From the IMG/VR virus record IMGVR_UViG_3300036766_001530: a stretch of 64,000 nucleotides of DNA; one strand, 5' to 3'. The DNA comes from an uncultured virus (IMG/VR IMGVR_UViG_3300036766_001530). Taxonomy: Duplodnaviria > Heunggongvirae > Uroviricota > Caudoviricetes. Shown piece after piece: positions 11,583 through 23,653 of the stretch (within the stretch, counting starts at the first letter, position 1; every line of letters begins with the position of its first letter). Made by a program: the position numbers and the translations under genes. The notes beneath the pieces are model-generated. The model worked only from the letters and a program-made list of their open reading frames with translations, did no database searches and was not told the DNA's origin.

Positions 11583-12641
11583 CTAGAGCCTCTCCGACTT
11601 GCCGGCCGTGGCCGGCTTCGGCAGGCCTCCCGAGACCGAGCCCTTCTTGAGCGCCCCGCCGCCCGCCGACATGTACGGGATGAGCGCGGTCTTGGCCGCG
11701 TCGGCCGCGTGGACGTCCGAGCCGGTCTTGATGAGATCGCGGTAGGCGACATCGAGATCGCCGCTCTCGTTGGTGCCGATGGTGAGCCCGATCAGCTCGC
11801 ACACCGGCAGCTCCGGCACGCCGTCGACGCCGTTGTCGTCCTTCGGCTTGAGCGTGAGCATCCGCTCGCCGAGCAGCTTCTTCCAGGTCGCCTTGATCTC
11901 CTCGACGACGTCCGGCGAGTAGCTCTGGATGTCGCAGAAGATGAAGAACACCTCGAACTTCTCCTGGCACTCCTTGATGATGTCGGCGATCGGGATGTCG
12001 CCCTGGAGCTTCTCGTCGGAGCCGAGGACGGCCTGGACGTCGGCCTTGCTGACGAAGTCGTACGGCGACTCGTCGCCGACCAGGAAGAGGTAGCCCTTCT
12101 TGCCGCGCTTCTCCAGGCAGTCCATCGCCATGTGGCGCGCCGCGAAGTAGAGCGCCAGCTCGTAGCTCTCGCGATGGCCGCCACCGCCGCCGCCCTCCAG
12201 GTGGATCGACGTCAGGTGCTCGTCCATCTCCATCCCGCTCTCGAACTCGCCGACCTGGAGCGGCGAGTGGTCACCCGCACGGCGATCGCCGATCGCGCCG
12301 AAGAAGACCTGCGGATCGGGGATGTAGTTGTGCGTCGTCAGGTGCCGCATCAGGCCCCCGAGACCCACCTTGTCGTTCATCGCGAACTTCTTGGGCACGC
12401 CGCCCATCGAGCCGGTCACGTCGAAGAAGACCGCGACCGCGTTCGAGTTCGGGTGCTCCTTCGAGTCGCGAGCGACGCGCATCTTCACACCGTTCGGATC
12501 GTTGGGGTTCGCCTTGACGTTCTTCGGATCGAGCTTGACGTCGATCGCCTTCGCCTTGAAGACATCCTTCGCGTTCATCGACGCTCGAACCGTGCCGTAG
12601 AGCTTGTCGGCTGCGTCCCTGCTGTAGCTGCTCGTTCCCAT
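11583..12641 (-). CDS. von Willebrand factor A (vWA) domain protein
   Basis: MIDAS motif FFDVTGSM, AIGD, GGGGG..ESYELA, LFLVGDE. Confidence 0.85.
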   Translation of the reverse strand: MGTSSYSRDAADKLYGTVRASMNAKDVFKAKAIDVKLDPKNVKANPNDPNGVKMRVARDSKEHPNSNAVAVFFDVTGSMGGVPKKFAMNDKVGLGGLMRHLTTHNYIPDPQVFFGAIGDRRAGDHSPLQVGEFESGMEMDEHLTSIHLEGGGGGGHRESYELALYFAARHMAMDCLEKRGKKGYLFLVGDESPYDFVSKADVQAVLGSDEKLQGDIPIADIIKECQEKFEVFFIFCDIQSYSPDVVEEIKATWKKLLGERMLTLKPKDDNGVDGVPELPVCELIGLTIGTNESGDLDVAYRDLIKTGSDVHAADAAKTALIPYMSAGGGALKKGSVSGGLPKPATAGKSERL

Positions 12642-12904
12642 GGGTCACTTCTCCTCGTGGTTGGTTTCTCAGACGGCGCCGGCACTCGCCGGAGCTGGAT
12701 TCGGTCAGGGCTTGAGGACCTCGAACAACTTTTCTCTCAGCTCTCGCCGAGCCTTCTCGTAGGCCATCCAGTCGTTGGAATCTGTCTCGATCGGCCGAAC
12801 CTCCTGCACTCTCTTGATCATCAAGATCGCATGGCGGATGCTCTCGGCATCGTCTTCACGGATGTCGGCGTCGAGCATCACCGTGAAGCCCTTGAGACGA
12901 GTCG

Positions 12905-14197
12905 TCATGGCGCGTCTCCTGGGTCCACGAAGATCCGGGGCGGCGCGGGATTCGATGGTGGTGGTGGTGGTGGTGGATTGGGAGGTGCCGCGACCTCGCC
13001 GGGCATCGCGAATGGTCGGAAGCTCGGCGGTCCGTAGAGCTTCTGGAGCAACACGTCATACTGCTTGTAGACCTCCAGCGCCGAGGCGTACCTCCGGTGC
13101 GGGTTCATGATGAGGCAGCTCTCGATGAGGTGGGCGATCGGCCGAGGCACGCTGTCCGGCAGCGTCTCCATCTCGATGTCGCCACCGTGCAGGTAGATGG
13201 CGATCTTGGCAGCCATATAGACGTCGGTGGCCGGCGTCGCTGGCAGCTTCTTGCGCACCTCCGGCGCGTAGAAGCTCTCGAACCACGGCACCATGGCACG
13301 CAGCGGCGACCCGGCCGGCACCGAGTAGCTCCAGTCGAGGAGCTTGCCGCCGTGATCGACCGGGCGGACGAGCAGGTGGTCGGGCAGGACAGCGCCATGC
13401 ACGATGCCCTGCTGGCCGACCCAGGCCAGCACTTCGAGCAGGCGCCGCCACATCCAGGCCGCGTCGCGTGGTTCGAGGCCCGAGGGGAAGGCCCGCAGGA
13501 CCTCGGTTGCGGTGTGGGTCTCGACGTGACGGCGGACCACGACCGCCGGCCGGCGTACTCCACCGACGTCGATGTCGGCCGCTTCGATGAAGCGCGGCAG
13601 GTACCTCCGGAAGTGCTCGTGGCCCTCGAAGGTCGAGACGGCGAGCTGGCGCAGGATCTTGACCTCGTTGGAAACGAGATCCCGGTCCATGGGGCTCCGG
13701 GCGATCTTGATGACGACCGGGCGGTTCGGCTTGCCGTCCGCGTCCGGCAGCATCGCCCGCGCCGAGTAGACGTCGCTGATGTCCCCCGCGGCAAGCACCG
13801 TCACCTCGTCGTAGATGTTGCGGCCGAGCTTGATGACGACATTCGCGGCGACGTGCCGCTGGCCGTAGGTGCCGGCGGCAATCTTGGCCTCCGCCTGCGA
13901 GCGCAACTCGGTGAGGCAGGCCATCGCGTCGGCCTCCTCCTTGCCGTTGCCGAGGACGTCGGGATGGAGCTTCATCGCCAGGCCCTTGAAGACGACACCG
14001 AGAGCCACCTCGGGAGCCGTTATGGCGCGATCTCCCCCGAGATTGCCGAAGACGTCTTCGGGGCAACGGGCCTCGTAGGCTGCCCTGATACCAGCTTCGA
14101 TCGTGGCCAGTGTGAGCCGCGGAGCGGCGAACTCTGGTCCGGGTCCGGGTCCGGACTTCGTATTCTTGCCCGAACTTTTCTTCTTCGAGGGAGCCAT
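12905..14197 (-). CDS. Ser/Thr protein kinase-like protein with N-terminal J-domain-like region
   Basis: LAMKLHPDV (HPD), VVIKIA, IVHGAVLPDHLLV, LLDWSY, YAPEV, TDVY; hairpin repeat in frame near the N-terminus (PEFAAPRLT). Confidence 0.85.
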   Translation of the reverse strand: MAPSKKKSSGKNTKSGPGPGPEFAAPRLTLATIEAGIRAAYEARCPEDVFGNLGGDRAITAPEVALGVVFKGLAMKLHPDVLGNGKEEADAMACLTELRSQAEAKIAAGTYGQRHVAANVVIKLGRNIYDEVTVLAAGDISDVYSARAMLPDADGKPNRPVVIKIARSPMDRDLVSNEVKILRQLAVSTFEGHEHFRRYLPRFIEAADIDVGGVRRPAVVVRRHVETHTATEVLRAFPSGLEPRDAAWMWRRLLEVLAWVGQQGIVHGAVLPDHLLVRPVDHGGKLLDWSYSVPAGSPLRAMVPWFESFYAPEVRKKLPATPATDVYMAAKIAIYLHGGDIEMETLPDSVPRPIAHLIESCLIMNPHRRYASALEVYKQYDVLLQKLYGPPSFRPFAMPGEVAAPPNPPPPPPPSNPAPPRIFVDPGDAP

Positions 14198-17100
14198 CAG
14201 GGAAGCCTCATCAGCCGCAGGTTGGCGGCGGCCATCTCTGGGTTGCCGGCCTCGATCGCCTTGAGCGCCTGGGTCAGGTGATCCTTGTTCTTCCCCTCCT
14301 CGTACGTGTCGATACGGCGTGGATTGTCGGTGTCCATCTTGCGAGCGAACCTCACATGGTTCATCGCAACATCGACGACGTTCTGCTTCACTCGGTCAGA
14401 TTCTTCCACGACGTGCAGTTCGAGCGCGTTCTCCATGAGCTGAACGTAGTTCGAGTAGAGGAGCAGGACGTACGACCGATCGAAGCCGGAAGCCGCGCCG
14501 CCGCTTTCGAGCGTCCGTCGGATCTCGTCGATGGCCTTGCTCATCACTTTCCACCTTTCCGCCCGCGCAGAGTGCGCGACTGTGAGCCGCGAAGCGGCGA
14601 ACTCCGCTCTGATCCTGTCCGGACCTTCCCGGTTCGCAGCGTTCGCGATCTCATCCAGCGCTTGTAGGCAACCATCGCGCGGGCGTAAGCCTCGGAGGTT
14701 GCGTGCAGGTTGTGTTGCGCCGTGATGAACTTCTCGTCGGTGAATCCCTTGCTTGCGGTGCGCCGGCCGAAACCGTAGGTCTGCGCCGCGATGAGCAGGG
14801 CCGCCCGAGAGTCAGCGAGGTTCGTGAGGATCGTGGCCATCGACTTCGGCTTCATGTCGGCTCCATCTTGTGATCTACTGACTTGTGATCGAGCCCGAGC
14901 ACGCACGACGGACTTTCGCAGGCTATCCGAAGGCCATCGGTCACCTCGGCGATAACGATGGAACCGCCTTGCCCCCTGACCGCCGCCATGAGCTGGTCGC
15001 TCTTGTCGAGCCAGACCGCGACGATCGTGCCGCGCCGCGTGTGCGTGCGGGAGTGTCTTCCGGCACCGCGGGTGACGAGATGGACTCGCTCGCCGACGAG
15101 ACCCGTAGCAAGCGCGCTCATGGAGCCGACGCTCCCTTGAGATACTTGAGCTTCGCGATCTCGGCCCGAGCCGCGTCGAGCGCCGTCCAGGCCGCACCGA
15201 GCGAGTTGAGGACCTTGAACACGTCGTCTCGGTAGAATTTCAGCGCCCCGTACTTGGTCGCTGTCTCTCGAAGCAGCTTCGCGCACTCGCGATCGGCTTT
15301 CTCGGAGACCTCCGCGCCAGCGAGCGACCGGCGCTCCTGTTCGTCGCGCTCGATTCGCAGGGCTATCAGTTCCTCGATAGCTCCGGCGAGCTTCCCGGTG
15401 ATGTCGTCGCGGTGCTCTGGAGTACCTCGCAGCAGATTGGCCCGGACGTACGACAGAGCTGCGCTTAGCTCGAACAAGGTCGAGTGCATAGGAGCGCTCA
15501 CTTCTTCGAGCCCTTCCGCTTCTGCTTCGCGTCGTAGTGGGCAACCGTCTTCTGGAGGCGACAGATCGTGAAGGTGAGCGTCGTCGCGTGTATCGCGATC
15601 GTCTCCGCATCGACGAGGTCGTACCCGCGGCGCTTCGCACGCAAGCCGATCTCCTCCATCGTCTTCTGGACGAGCTTCGCGAAGCTGGCCCCTTCCTTGG
15701 TCCACTGGCCGGACTCCGAGGTCCAGAGCCGAGTCGGCTTCTTCATGGCGAAACCGCCTTCCCGGTGATGGCCCGAAACAGCTCTTCGTCGCCCGAGTCG
15801 GTGGAGGCCCACGACGGCCATGGACTGCGCAGCAGATCCTCGCCGTAGAGCTGAGACTTCGATCGAGCCCAGGACCTCGCGGCGCGTACGATCTTCGCTT
15901 CCGCTTGGTGCTTGGCCTTGCTCGTCATCCTCCGCCTCATGTCGCACTTCGCGATTGGAATTCGCTTCTGGCGATGTCGAAGATTGCCTGGTAGCCGACA
16001 GGGTCGGCCTTTGGCCAGGACGTACCGAAACTGATGCGCTGAGGCTCGCGGCCGATGAACGTCGCAGCCTGGACGTCGGCCAAAACGACATCACCGCAAG
16101 GACGCTCGCTGACGACGACGGCGACCAGGTGAGGATCTCCGCTACGGCTTCCGTGAAGCCAGAAGTCGCCAGCCCATGATCGCGCTCTGTGACGAACCTG
16201 GGGCCTACTCATCCCGATCACCCTCCTCACCAGCCTCGTACGCGATGCAGTCGCACTCGGTGCAGGCAGTCGATCCAGGGTACTTCGGATCGTGACCATG
16301 CTCCTCGACCGCGTGACCGCAGACGCAGGATTCCATCCCGCTCGCGGCCGGTGGCGGAGCTGGCACGCTGGAGGCGTCGAACCTCCCGTAGAGGCCGCTT
16401 GTGACGACCTTCCTGGGACGAGCGTGCGCATGCTTCATCGCGGCCGTCGCAGCCTCGGCCGTTCCCGTCGGGCGAGCAAGCTCGGGCAAGAAGTCCGGGC
16501 TGTCGAGAAGCACCTTCTTCACCTTCTCCGCGCTCCCGGACCGAACGGCCTTCGCCACGTCCCGGCCGAGCTTCCCCGTCGGCTTCCATCCTGCCAATCC
16601 AGAGGACCGGCGTTGCTTGGAGACGACCTTCTTGGTCATAGAGGCCAGCCCTTGGAAGGGAGGTGTTGCAGCTTTCTCTCCGCAGCCTTCCCAGCGTTGA
16701 ATTCGCTCGACGCCTCTTGCATCAGCTCCAGTGGCATCTCGTCCCACTTGGCAAAGCCGTACTTGCTCGCCATGTCGTCCTTGTAGTCGGCGAAACTTGT
16801 CTCCGGATTTGCCTGGCACTCCGCACCCCAGTAGTGGGCGGCGTGCTTCGCCTTGTCGCGATCGATCACGGGCTTCCTGGTCGGCTTCTTGGTCGGCTTC
16901 TTGACCGACTTCCTGATGGACGTCTTCGTCATCGTCCAGACTCTTCGCTCGAACGAACGCTCATCACCCCGCCGCACACGCCACAGGTTCCCCGAACTGG
17001 AACATCCCGGGTGCCGCAGCGCTGACACTGAGAGTGATCGGAGCCATCGACCTCGACGCTCTTCCCGAGAATAGCGAGAACGGTGTCGACCACGTCATAG

Positions 17101-17355
17101 GCCGTCACCCCGCCCTTGAGGCGCTTGTCGATCACGGCCTGGGCGCAACGCTCGCGGAACGCTGAGGTGATCTCGATCGGTGCGACCGGCCGAACGGCGG
17201 CGTAGGCGATCATCGCCCCAGACATGCGGACGCATTCGCCACATCGACACACGTACGACAGGTGCCCGTGAAGGATCTTGTTCGCCATCGTCACGGCCGT
17301 CAGATCCGTTTCGCCAGGCCCTTTGATCACGGTGGACATGAAGCTCCGAGACAGT

Positions 17356-17395
17356 CGATGCAGAATACATCACTTCGCATCATCGTCAACCTTTC
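17356..17395 (-). promoter_or_regulatory. Class II promoter copy 2 (GAAAGG-TTGACG-16-TATTCT-GCATCG)
   Basis: Repeat of 8335-8374; upstream of the ORF starting at 17339. Confidence 0.65.
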
Positions 17396-17941
17396 TCGAC
17401 ACGGCCACGCGGCCGAAGATGATCGTGAGCCCGGCGATCTTCTTCGGTGAGAAGTGCATCTCCGATCACGCAGAAGTCCAGGCGCGCCGCGAGGCCGATG
17501 TCCGTCGCTGCGTGGGCGCATGTGCCACACGTCTCGGTGTGAGCGTCGAACGCTCGGAGGTCCTTTACTCCCTTCATGACGGCACCTGAGCCCCTTCGAC
17601 CCGACTCAGGCGATCGAGTTCCTCGTCCATCGTGAGCGAGGTCTTCCCGGTTCGAGTCCATTGGTCCACGCTTCGGATCTCGGACGCCTTCATCTTGTAG
17701 TACGCGACGACAAAACCGATCGTCGTTCCCTCGTAAACGAAGGACATCGCGAAGAGAAGTCCGTCCTTGCACGCGACGGCTGCCGGCAATACGGCGCGAG
17801 GGCTCCAGGAACATGCGGAGTCCCCGGACGCCATCTGGATGACGTGCTCGACCTCCGAGCGAGAGATCGTCACACCCCACGGCGGGTTCGATCCGAGCAC
17901 CGGGAACTTCACCACCTCGGGGACGCCGCTGATCGATGCCA

Positions 17942-18139
17942 TCAGGCGACTCCCGCCTCTCCGAAAACGGCTCGACGCACGTAGGCCGACACGGAGAGGT
18001 TCTCGGCCCGCGCGAGCTGGCGGAGCTTTGCCCGCTCTTCGAGCGTGAGGCGGATGGCGACGATCGGTGATCCGCGCACATAACGCGGCTTCTTCGTGGT
18101 GAGCCGCGAAGCGGCGAACTCCGCTCTGGGTCTGACCAT
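17942..18139 (-). CDS. Small ribbon-helix-helix (MobC/CopG-like) DNA-binding protein
   Basis: IVAIRLTLEERAKLRQLARAENLSVSAYVRRAV; contains an in-frame repeat. Confidence 0.65.
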   Translation of the reverse strand: MVRPRAEFAASRLTTKKPRYVRGSPIVAIRLTLEERAKLRQLARAENLSVSAYVRRAVFGEAGVA

Positions 18140-18840
18140 CACGCAACTTCTTTCCTCAGCGACGCCACGAACCCCGCGTTCCAGGCATTTCGGCACGCGG
18201 CGAGGAAACCAGTGCAGGGCGGCTTCCGATAGGGGTTGTCGAGATCCGAGGCGTCCGCCCGATGGGCGGCGACGCCCTTGACGAAGACGCTCCGCAGGCT
18301 CGGGCTGCGCGGATAGGCTTTCGTCGCAGCTTCTTCGACCGTCGGCTTGCCGGGCGTCTCGGGTGGCGACGGGTAGAGCGTCGTCTTGAGGAAGCGCAAA
18401 AGCCCATCGTGTTCCTCTGGCCAACCGGCCCAGTATCCCGAGCCGCCGACCGCGGTTGGGTCCCACCCGAGCAGATGGATGCGGTTGAGATCGACCATCT
18501 TGTCCTTGCTGGTTGGCAGCCATTTGCCGATGAGGAGCGCCGGCACCGGCGGCTGCCAGTTCGAGAACTGCTTGGCCGCGTTCGCCCGGGCCTCCTCGAT
18601 CGAGATGATGGGCGACGTCGGCCGCACGTCGCTCTCCGTGAACCAGAGGCAAACGCCAGTGGGGAAGACCGTGAGCCGCGAAGCGGCGAACTCCGGGCCC
18701 CCTCCGGTCCGGGCGAAATTGGTAACCTGATGAGCGAAGAGCGAAACCGCCGCGTAGCCGGCGTTCTGCCAGTGCAGGGCCGCGAGGGCCTCGTCCGGCG
18801 TGAGCCGCGAAGCGGCGAACTCCGCTCCGGTCCGGCTCAT
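18139..18840 (-). CDS. Hypothetical protein with two in-frame repeat insertions
   Basis: GAEFAASRLT and PEFAASRLT in one open frame; C-terminal NPY...AWNAGF motif. Confidence 0.55.
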   Translation of the reverse strand: MSRTGAEFAASRLTPDEALAALHWQNAGYAAVSLFAHQVTNFARTGGGPEFAASRLTVFPTGVCLWFTESDVRPTSPIISIEEARANAAKQFSNWQPPVPALLIGKWLPTSKDKMVDLNRIHLLGWDPTAVGGSGYWAGWPEEHDGLLRFLKTTLYPSPPETPGKPTVEEAATKAYPRSPSLRSVFVKGVAAHRADASDLDNPYRKPPCTGFLAACRNAWNAGFVASLRKEVA

Positions 18841-19084
18841 CGCTCCGCCTCGGCGCCCCAGACGATGGCGCAGTAGGACAGGCTCTTCCGGCTCGCCCTC
18901 GCGATGTCCCGAAGCGACTGCCGCTCCGACTCGGCGAGCGCGTGCCACCACGCTTTCCACTCGTCCATCGAGAGTCCCCGGTATCGAGGATCTCGCGCCT
19001 CCTCACCAGGCCTCGGCGTCGGGTGATACCGCTTGCGCCCGGACGACGAATCGGAAGAGGGAGCGGAATTTGCTGCTTCGAGGC

Positions 19085-19783
19085 TCATATCTCGAAGCTC
19101 CAGCCCTTCTTCTTCAACGCCCCGTATCGAACAGCGTCGAACTCGTAGACGGTCGCCGGCCGCCCCTGGTCGCCCGGACCTCGCTCCGACTCGCCCACAC
19201 GCCGCAGGATGCCCATCGAGAGCATCCGCTTGGCGAAATTGCGATCGTCGAGCGACTTACCGAGGACTGCCTCGTAGAGGTTCCGGAGCTGCGGCATGGT
19301 GAACTGCTCGGGCAGCATCGAGAACCCGATGGGCTCGTAGCGGATCTTGGCTCGCAGCCGGAGAGCAGCCCGATCGAGCACGCTGGCGTCGCGAGCGCGC
19401 ATGCCTTCCGACCCGCGGTGCCACTCAGATCCCACGGCCGGATCTTTGTCGCCCCGGCTCGCCAGAGCGAGGTAGGCGACGCGAACGATCCCGTCCTTGT
19501 CTGGGTCGAACGTGTAGAGCTGCTCCAGGTGGAGATCGCGAAGCCCGGCCCGCTCCCGGAGAATCCGAGCCGCCACCTTCTCCAGCGACTCTCCGACTCC
19601 GACCGCGCCGCTCGGCAGAAACCACCTCGCCCTTTCGGATGTCTCGTCACGCAGGACCAGGACTTCGAGACCCGGCGGAGACTTCTCGAAGTCGATACTG
19701 AACACGACGCACTGAACGCGAATGGTGAGCCGCGAAGCGGCGAACTCTGCTCTGTTCCGGGGCTTGAACTGGGTCATGGTCAT
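19085..19783 (-). CDS. nrtR: NrtR-family Nudix-related transcriptional regulator
   Basis: WFLPSGAVGVGESLEKVAARILRERAGL (degenerate Nudix box), LEQLYTF, C-terminal wHTH LPEQFTMPQLRNLYEAVLGKSLDDRNFAKR...GRPATVY. Confidence 0.85.
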   Translation of the reverse strand: MTMTQFKPRNRAEFAASRLTIRVQCVVFSIDFEKSPPGLEVLVLRDETSERARWFLPSGAVGVGESLEKVAARILRERAGLRDLHLEQLYTFDPDKDGIVRVAYLALASRGDKDPAVGSEWHRGSEGMRARDASVLDRAALRLRAKIRYEPIGFSMLPEQFTMPQLRNLYEAVLGKSLDDRNFAKRMLSMGILRRVGESERGPGDQGRPATVYEFDAVRYGALKKKGWSFEI

Positions 19784-21326
19784 CGCTTCTCCAGCGTTTG
19801 GAATCTGCCGTAGACATCGAAAGTGAACCTGATGCGGTTCGATGGGATCGTGATCTGAGCACCAACGACCGTGCCCACCTCGGGCAGGGTCGTCAGAGTG
19901 GAAAGGTAGGAAACGCTCCGCCGGGCAAGCATCCTGGTGATGAACTCCATGTCCGAGCGCGAGGGATTGCGCTCGGCGAGGCCCCCCTTCGGCATGATGG
20001 TGAGCCGCGAAGCGGCGAACTCCGCTCCGGTCTGGGGCTGCTTCCGACCCATCTCAGGCCGCCTTCCTCTTCAGCTTCGACGCCGGAACGAAGTTCGACA
20101 TCTTCGGCCGCTTGCACGTGAGACACGGTCCCTGGTAGCCCTGTTCGCGACCGTCGATGGCGTGCTCGCAGTCGGCGCAGAGGCCGAGCGCAGCAATCTC
20201 ATCGGGCACGATTCCGGCAAGACGGAAAGCGGCCTCCGTCGCAGATGGATCGAGCTTGACCATGCTCGTGTGGCTCCACTTCCCTTTCCAGAGGCCGGGA
20301 TAACCTCCCTGGTCAGGCCAACGCAGAGCGCGCAACGCCTTCCCCAGGGCTTCGAGATCGGCCTTGCTGACGAGCGCGAAGTCCTCCGGAGGTTTCGTCG
20401 CGACCGCCGTCGTCTTCCGGCTACCGCCGAGGATCTTGTCACTGACGATCTCGGTGCGCACGCGGGCCAGGCTCTTCTTGCTCATGGTCGAACGACTCCT
20501 TCCGGAAGTGAATGGCAATGGCAGCAGGTCTCGATGCTCGTCGGAGCCTTACCGCAGCTCGGGCAGGAGCGACAGTCCATCTCGAACTCGGCGAGCTTGG
20601 TCAGATCCGTCGGCTCCACAACCCGGGCCGCGTAGAAGCGCCCAGTCGAGATCGGGGTACCGGCCGGCGTGAGGATGTGAAGAATGGGATGAACGCCTCC
20701 CTGAGGCGTGCCCGAGAAGCCGGCGACGCGGCCGTAGACGACGCCGGAGATCCGGGGCAAGAGGACCTTGACCGGATCGCCGATGGCGAGCGGTGCCATC
20801 ATCTCGCGCGTGACGTCGAGCGCGCTCATGAGGCCTCCACCCGCCGAGGACGAGCGCCAACGTCGTATTGCCCGTGCGACGATGGCTCCACCTTCTCGAT
20901 CTTGCTGAACGTGTCGACGAACTTGCCTTCGTCGTTGCACCTGAAGCTCCGTCCCTTCTGACGGATCTCGACCTGCGTCACAGCATCCGCAGCCGAGTAG
21001 GCCAGAACGTCGACCTCGAACGATTCCGTGACGCTCGCGACCTGGTTGGAGAACGTCACCCTGTAGGGACGCGCCTTGTCTTCGGTCATGGGTTTCCCCT
21101 CGATGCGCAGTCGTCGTCGTGCCAGCCATCGCGCCCACGGCACTCCGGACACCGCCGAGGCACGAATGCGACGGCGAGAGCGAAGATGCAGAGGGCTGCG
21201 ATGGCGAGGACTGTCATGACGGTTTGATCTGGTTTTTGGTTCCTTGAACGGAGGAAGGAAGCGGACCTCAGAATCGTCCGGACCGGACCGGGACCGGACC
21301 CGGACCGGAGTTCGTCGCTCCGCGAC

Positions 21327-21671
21327 TCACTTGGCGTACCCCACGGCGAGCTGCTCTCCTGGCTTGCCCGGGTACTTGGAACGCATCTCCTCCTCGGCCG
21401 CCTTGGGAGCCATCTTGTGCTTGGCGACCATGTGGCCGATGTAGAGGTCCTTCCACGGCGGCCGGCAGTCGCCGACGGTCGCCTCGATGCTGGCGACGAG
21501 CTTCCCCTTGCAGATGGCCCCCTCCTTGAGCTGGTTGTAGACGGCCGTCTCGCGTGCCTGGAGGTCAGCCTCGACCTTCTTGAGCGCGGCCTTCGCGTCG
21601 GCGAGCGCGGCTCGCTTCCGAAGGATGCCTTCGAGTTCGGACTGCTTGATGATGGTCTGCTTCTCGCTCAT
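21327..21671 (-). CDS. Hypothetical coiled-coil protein; stop codon supplied by a minus-strand repeat
   Basis: 114 aa ORF with strong GC3 bias; TGA at 21327-21329 is the GTGAG of the repeat. Confidence 0.65.
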   Translation of the reverse strand: MSEKQTIIKQSELEGILRKRAALADAKAALKKVEADLQARETAVYNQLKEGAICKGKLVASIEATVGDCRPPWKDLYIGHMVAKHKMAPKAAEEEMRSKYPGKPGEQLAVGYAK

Positions 21672-21723
21672 GGGTTCCTGCTTTCTCCCGGCCGGTTAGG
21701 GTGTGGCCGATGAGGTTCTTGTA

Positions 21724-22200
21724 TCAACCGCCTCTGACATCGTCTGGCATCCGCGCCTTCTTCATTCGTTCCCGGGCCTCGTGGAGCCACTTGTCGGCGG
21801 CCTCCGAGGCATGCACCTGCCAGTACGCGGAGTTGGGTTCCTTGACGAGGTGAGCTGTTCCGGCCCACCAGACCATGAGGCCATCGAGCACCAGGGCGTC
21901 GACGTCGATCGTGATCTTGGGAGGATTCCTGTACGGAGGATTGAACGGCAACGGAACGGAACGGGCCCCCGGCGATGGCGGCGGCATCGTCACCCTCGCC
22001 TTATCGCAAAGCCGCTTGGCGTCGATGAGACTGGTACCGGGCCTGCGCTCCCGGTAGGCCTTGATGGCATAGATGATGTTGCCGCCTCGCAGGAGCGCCA
22101 GCTCGGCTGCGTTCAGAGGTGAGTCGCGAAGCGACGAACTCCGCTCCGATCCGGACCCCCTTGGAGTCGATGAGGACTTCTTGCTGTCGCGCTTCGCCAT
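21724..22200 (-). CDS. Protein with ribosomal L7/L12 C-terminal-like motif
   Basis: IIYAIKAYRERRPGTSLIDAKRLCD matches the AIKxxR...LxxAKxxxD pattern. Confidence 0.5.
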   Translation of the reverse strand: MAKRDSKKSSSTPRGSGSERSSSLRDSPLNAAELALLRGGNIIYAIKAYRERRPGTSLIDAKRLCDKARVTMPPPSPGARSVPLPFNPPYRNPPKITIDVDALVLDGLMVWWAGTAHLVKEPNSAYWQVHASEAADKWLHEARERMKKARMPDDVRGG

Positions 22201-23653
22201 CAGGCCGCCCCCGCCTTCTTCAAGATCGCCGCCGACACGCGGCCCCGCTTGAACGGCTCGACGTCTTCGAGGACCAGGCAGAGGTCAACCGCGAACTCGC
22301 GAATCAGGAGCGGCTTGACGTAGTCGAGCGCGAGCGCCATCTCCTCCCGCTTCCGATCTTGGTGGCGCCAATCGCCCTCGAAGACACGGCCGGCCCGGCA
22401 CATGCCTTCGATGAGCTTCTGGCGCTCTTCGGCAGCCGTCAGTTCACGCGCCATGGCGAGCCTCCAGGTGTTCCTTCCTCATCTTGCGGCGACCGGCAGC
22501 CGTCCGGGCGTGATCGGAAACCCTCGACCCCTCCTCGACCCGCTCGAAGATTCCGAACTCCGCAGCCGTCTTGAGCCTTTGCTTTCCCAGCAGCCGTCAC
22601 GATCGCGTAGCCCCACCGGATGTGAGGGCCAAAGGCGCTGTAGGTCCGCTCGCGCGTGAGCCGGACGAGCTTCAGCTTCACCAGGCGAAGCAGATTGCGG
22701 TTCCACGAGCTGAGACCCCCACGGCAGTTGAGGCGTATGCCAGGAGGATAGAAGGCAAGTGCTCGCGCGAGGAGCGCGAGACGCCGGGCCTGCCCTCTGT
22801 GCTTGTCCTGGCTCATGACGTTCCGAGATTTCTCGCAGCCCGATCACCCACCGGATCTTCCTCGACGAGCTGTCGATTGTGGTTGTCGTCCGTCCACCAC
22901 GCGACGACTTCACGCACCGGATCGCCCTCGCTGCCCGAGCCCCGGACGAAGGTGATCTTGGTGACCGTCACCCGCTCGACTCGTCGAATCTCGTTCCGGA
23001 CGTTGCTGGCCATGGCTCAGTCCCTCCCCATCTTGACGTGGACCTTGACCGGGCTCGCCTCGGGCTCGCTGATGGTGAGTCGACTGAGCCGCGGGTGCGT
23101 CTTGTAGCCGTTCGCTTCCACGAACATCTCCAGCGCTTCGAGGCTTTGACCGCGGACCACGATCTCTTCCGAGCCGCCGTAGAGCATGACGAACGCGACC
23201 TGCATGAATTCGGGTGGTCGGAAGCTCGCGTCGAGTCGGAAGGGATGCTCCTTGACGAGGGCCTCGTCTTCGGGCACCCGGTCACGGTTCCCCGTGACGA
23301 AGATGAGCTTGAGCCCAGGGATGGGATCGGGAGCCGCCACTGCCGCCCCGGCGCTCATGGTGAGCCGCGGAGCGGCGAACTCCCCTCCCCTCCCCTCCGA
23401 ATCGTCAACCGCCTCCCTGGCGCTCATGCTGCGTGTCTCGCGAAGCGGATATTCTTGGTCTTGGAAGCCTCCCGAGCGCACGATGCCGGCGACTCGCAGC
23501 GCCCCTCGGCGATGGCTTCGAGCACCGAGAGGTGTAGATCGTCTTCGAGGCTGTGGGCCTTCTCGTCATCGCCGTCGTGCGCGGCCTTCGACACCTTCAG
23601 CACGTCGTGCTGGACGGTGACAACCGTGACCTTCTTCCCTGCGCCGACGCGGC

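Noticed and set aside
12953..12976. Poly-His reading (HHHHHHH) of a GGT repeat
   Set aside because: It is the poly-Pro tail of the kinase in the real frame.
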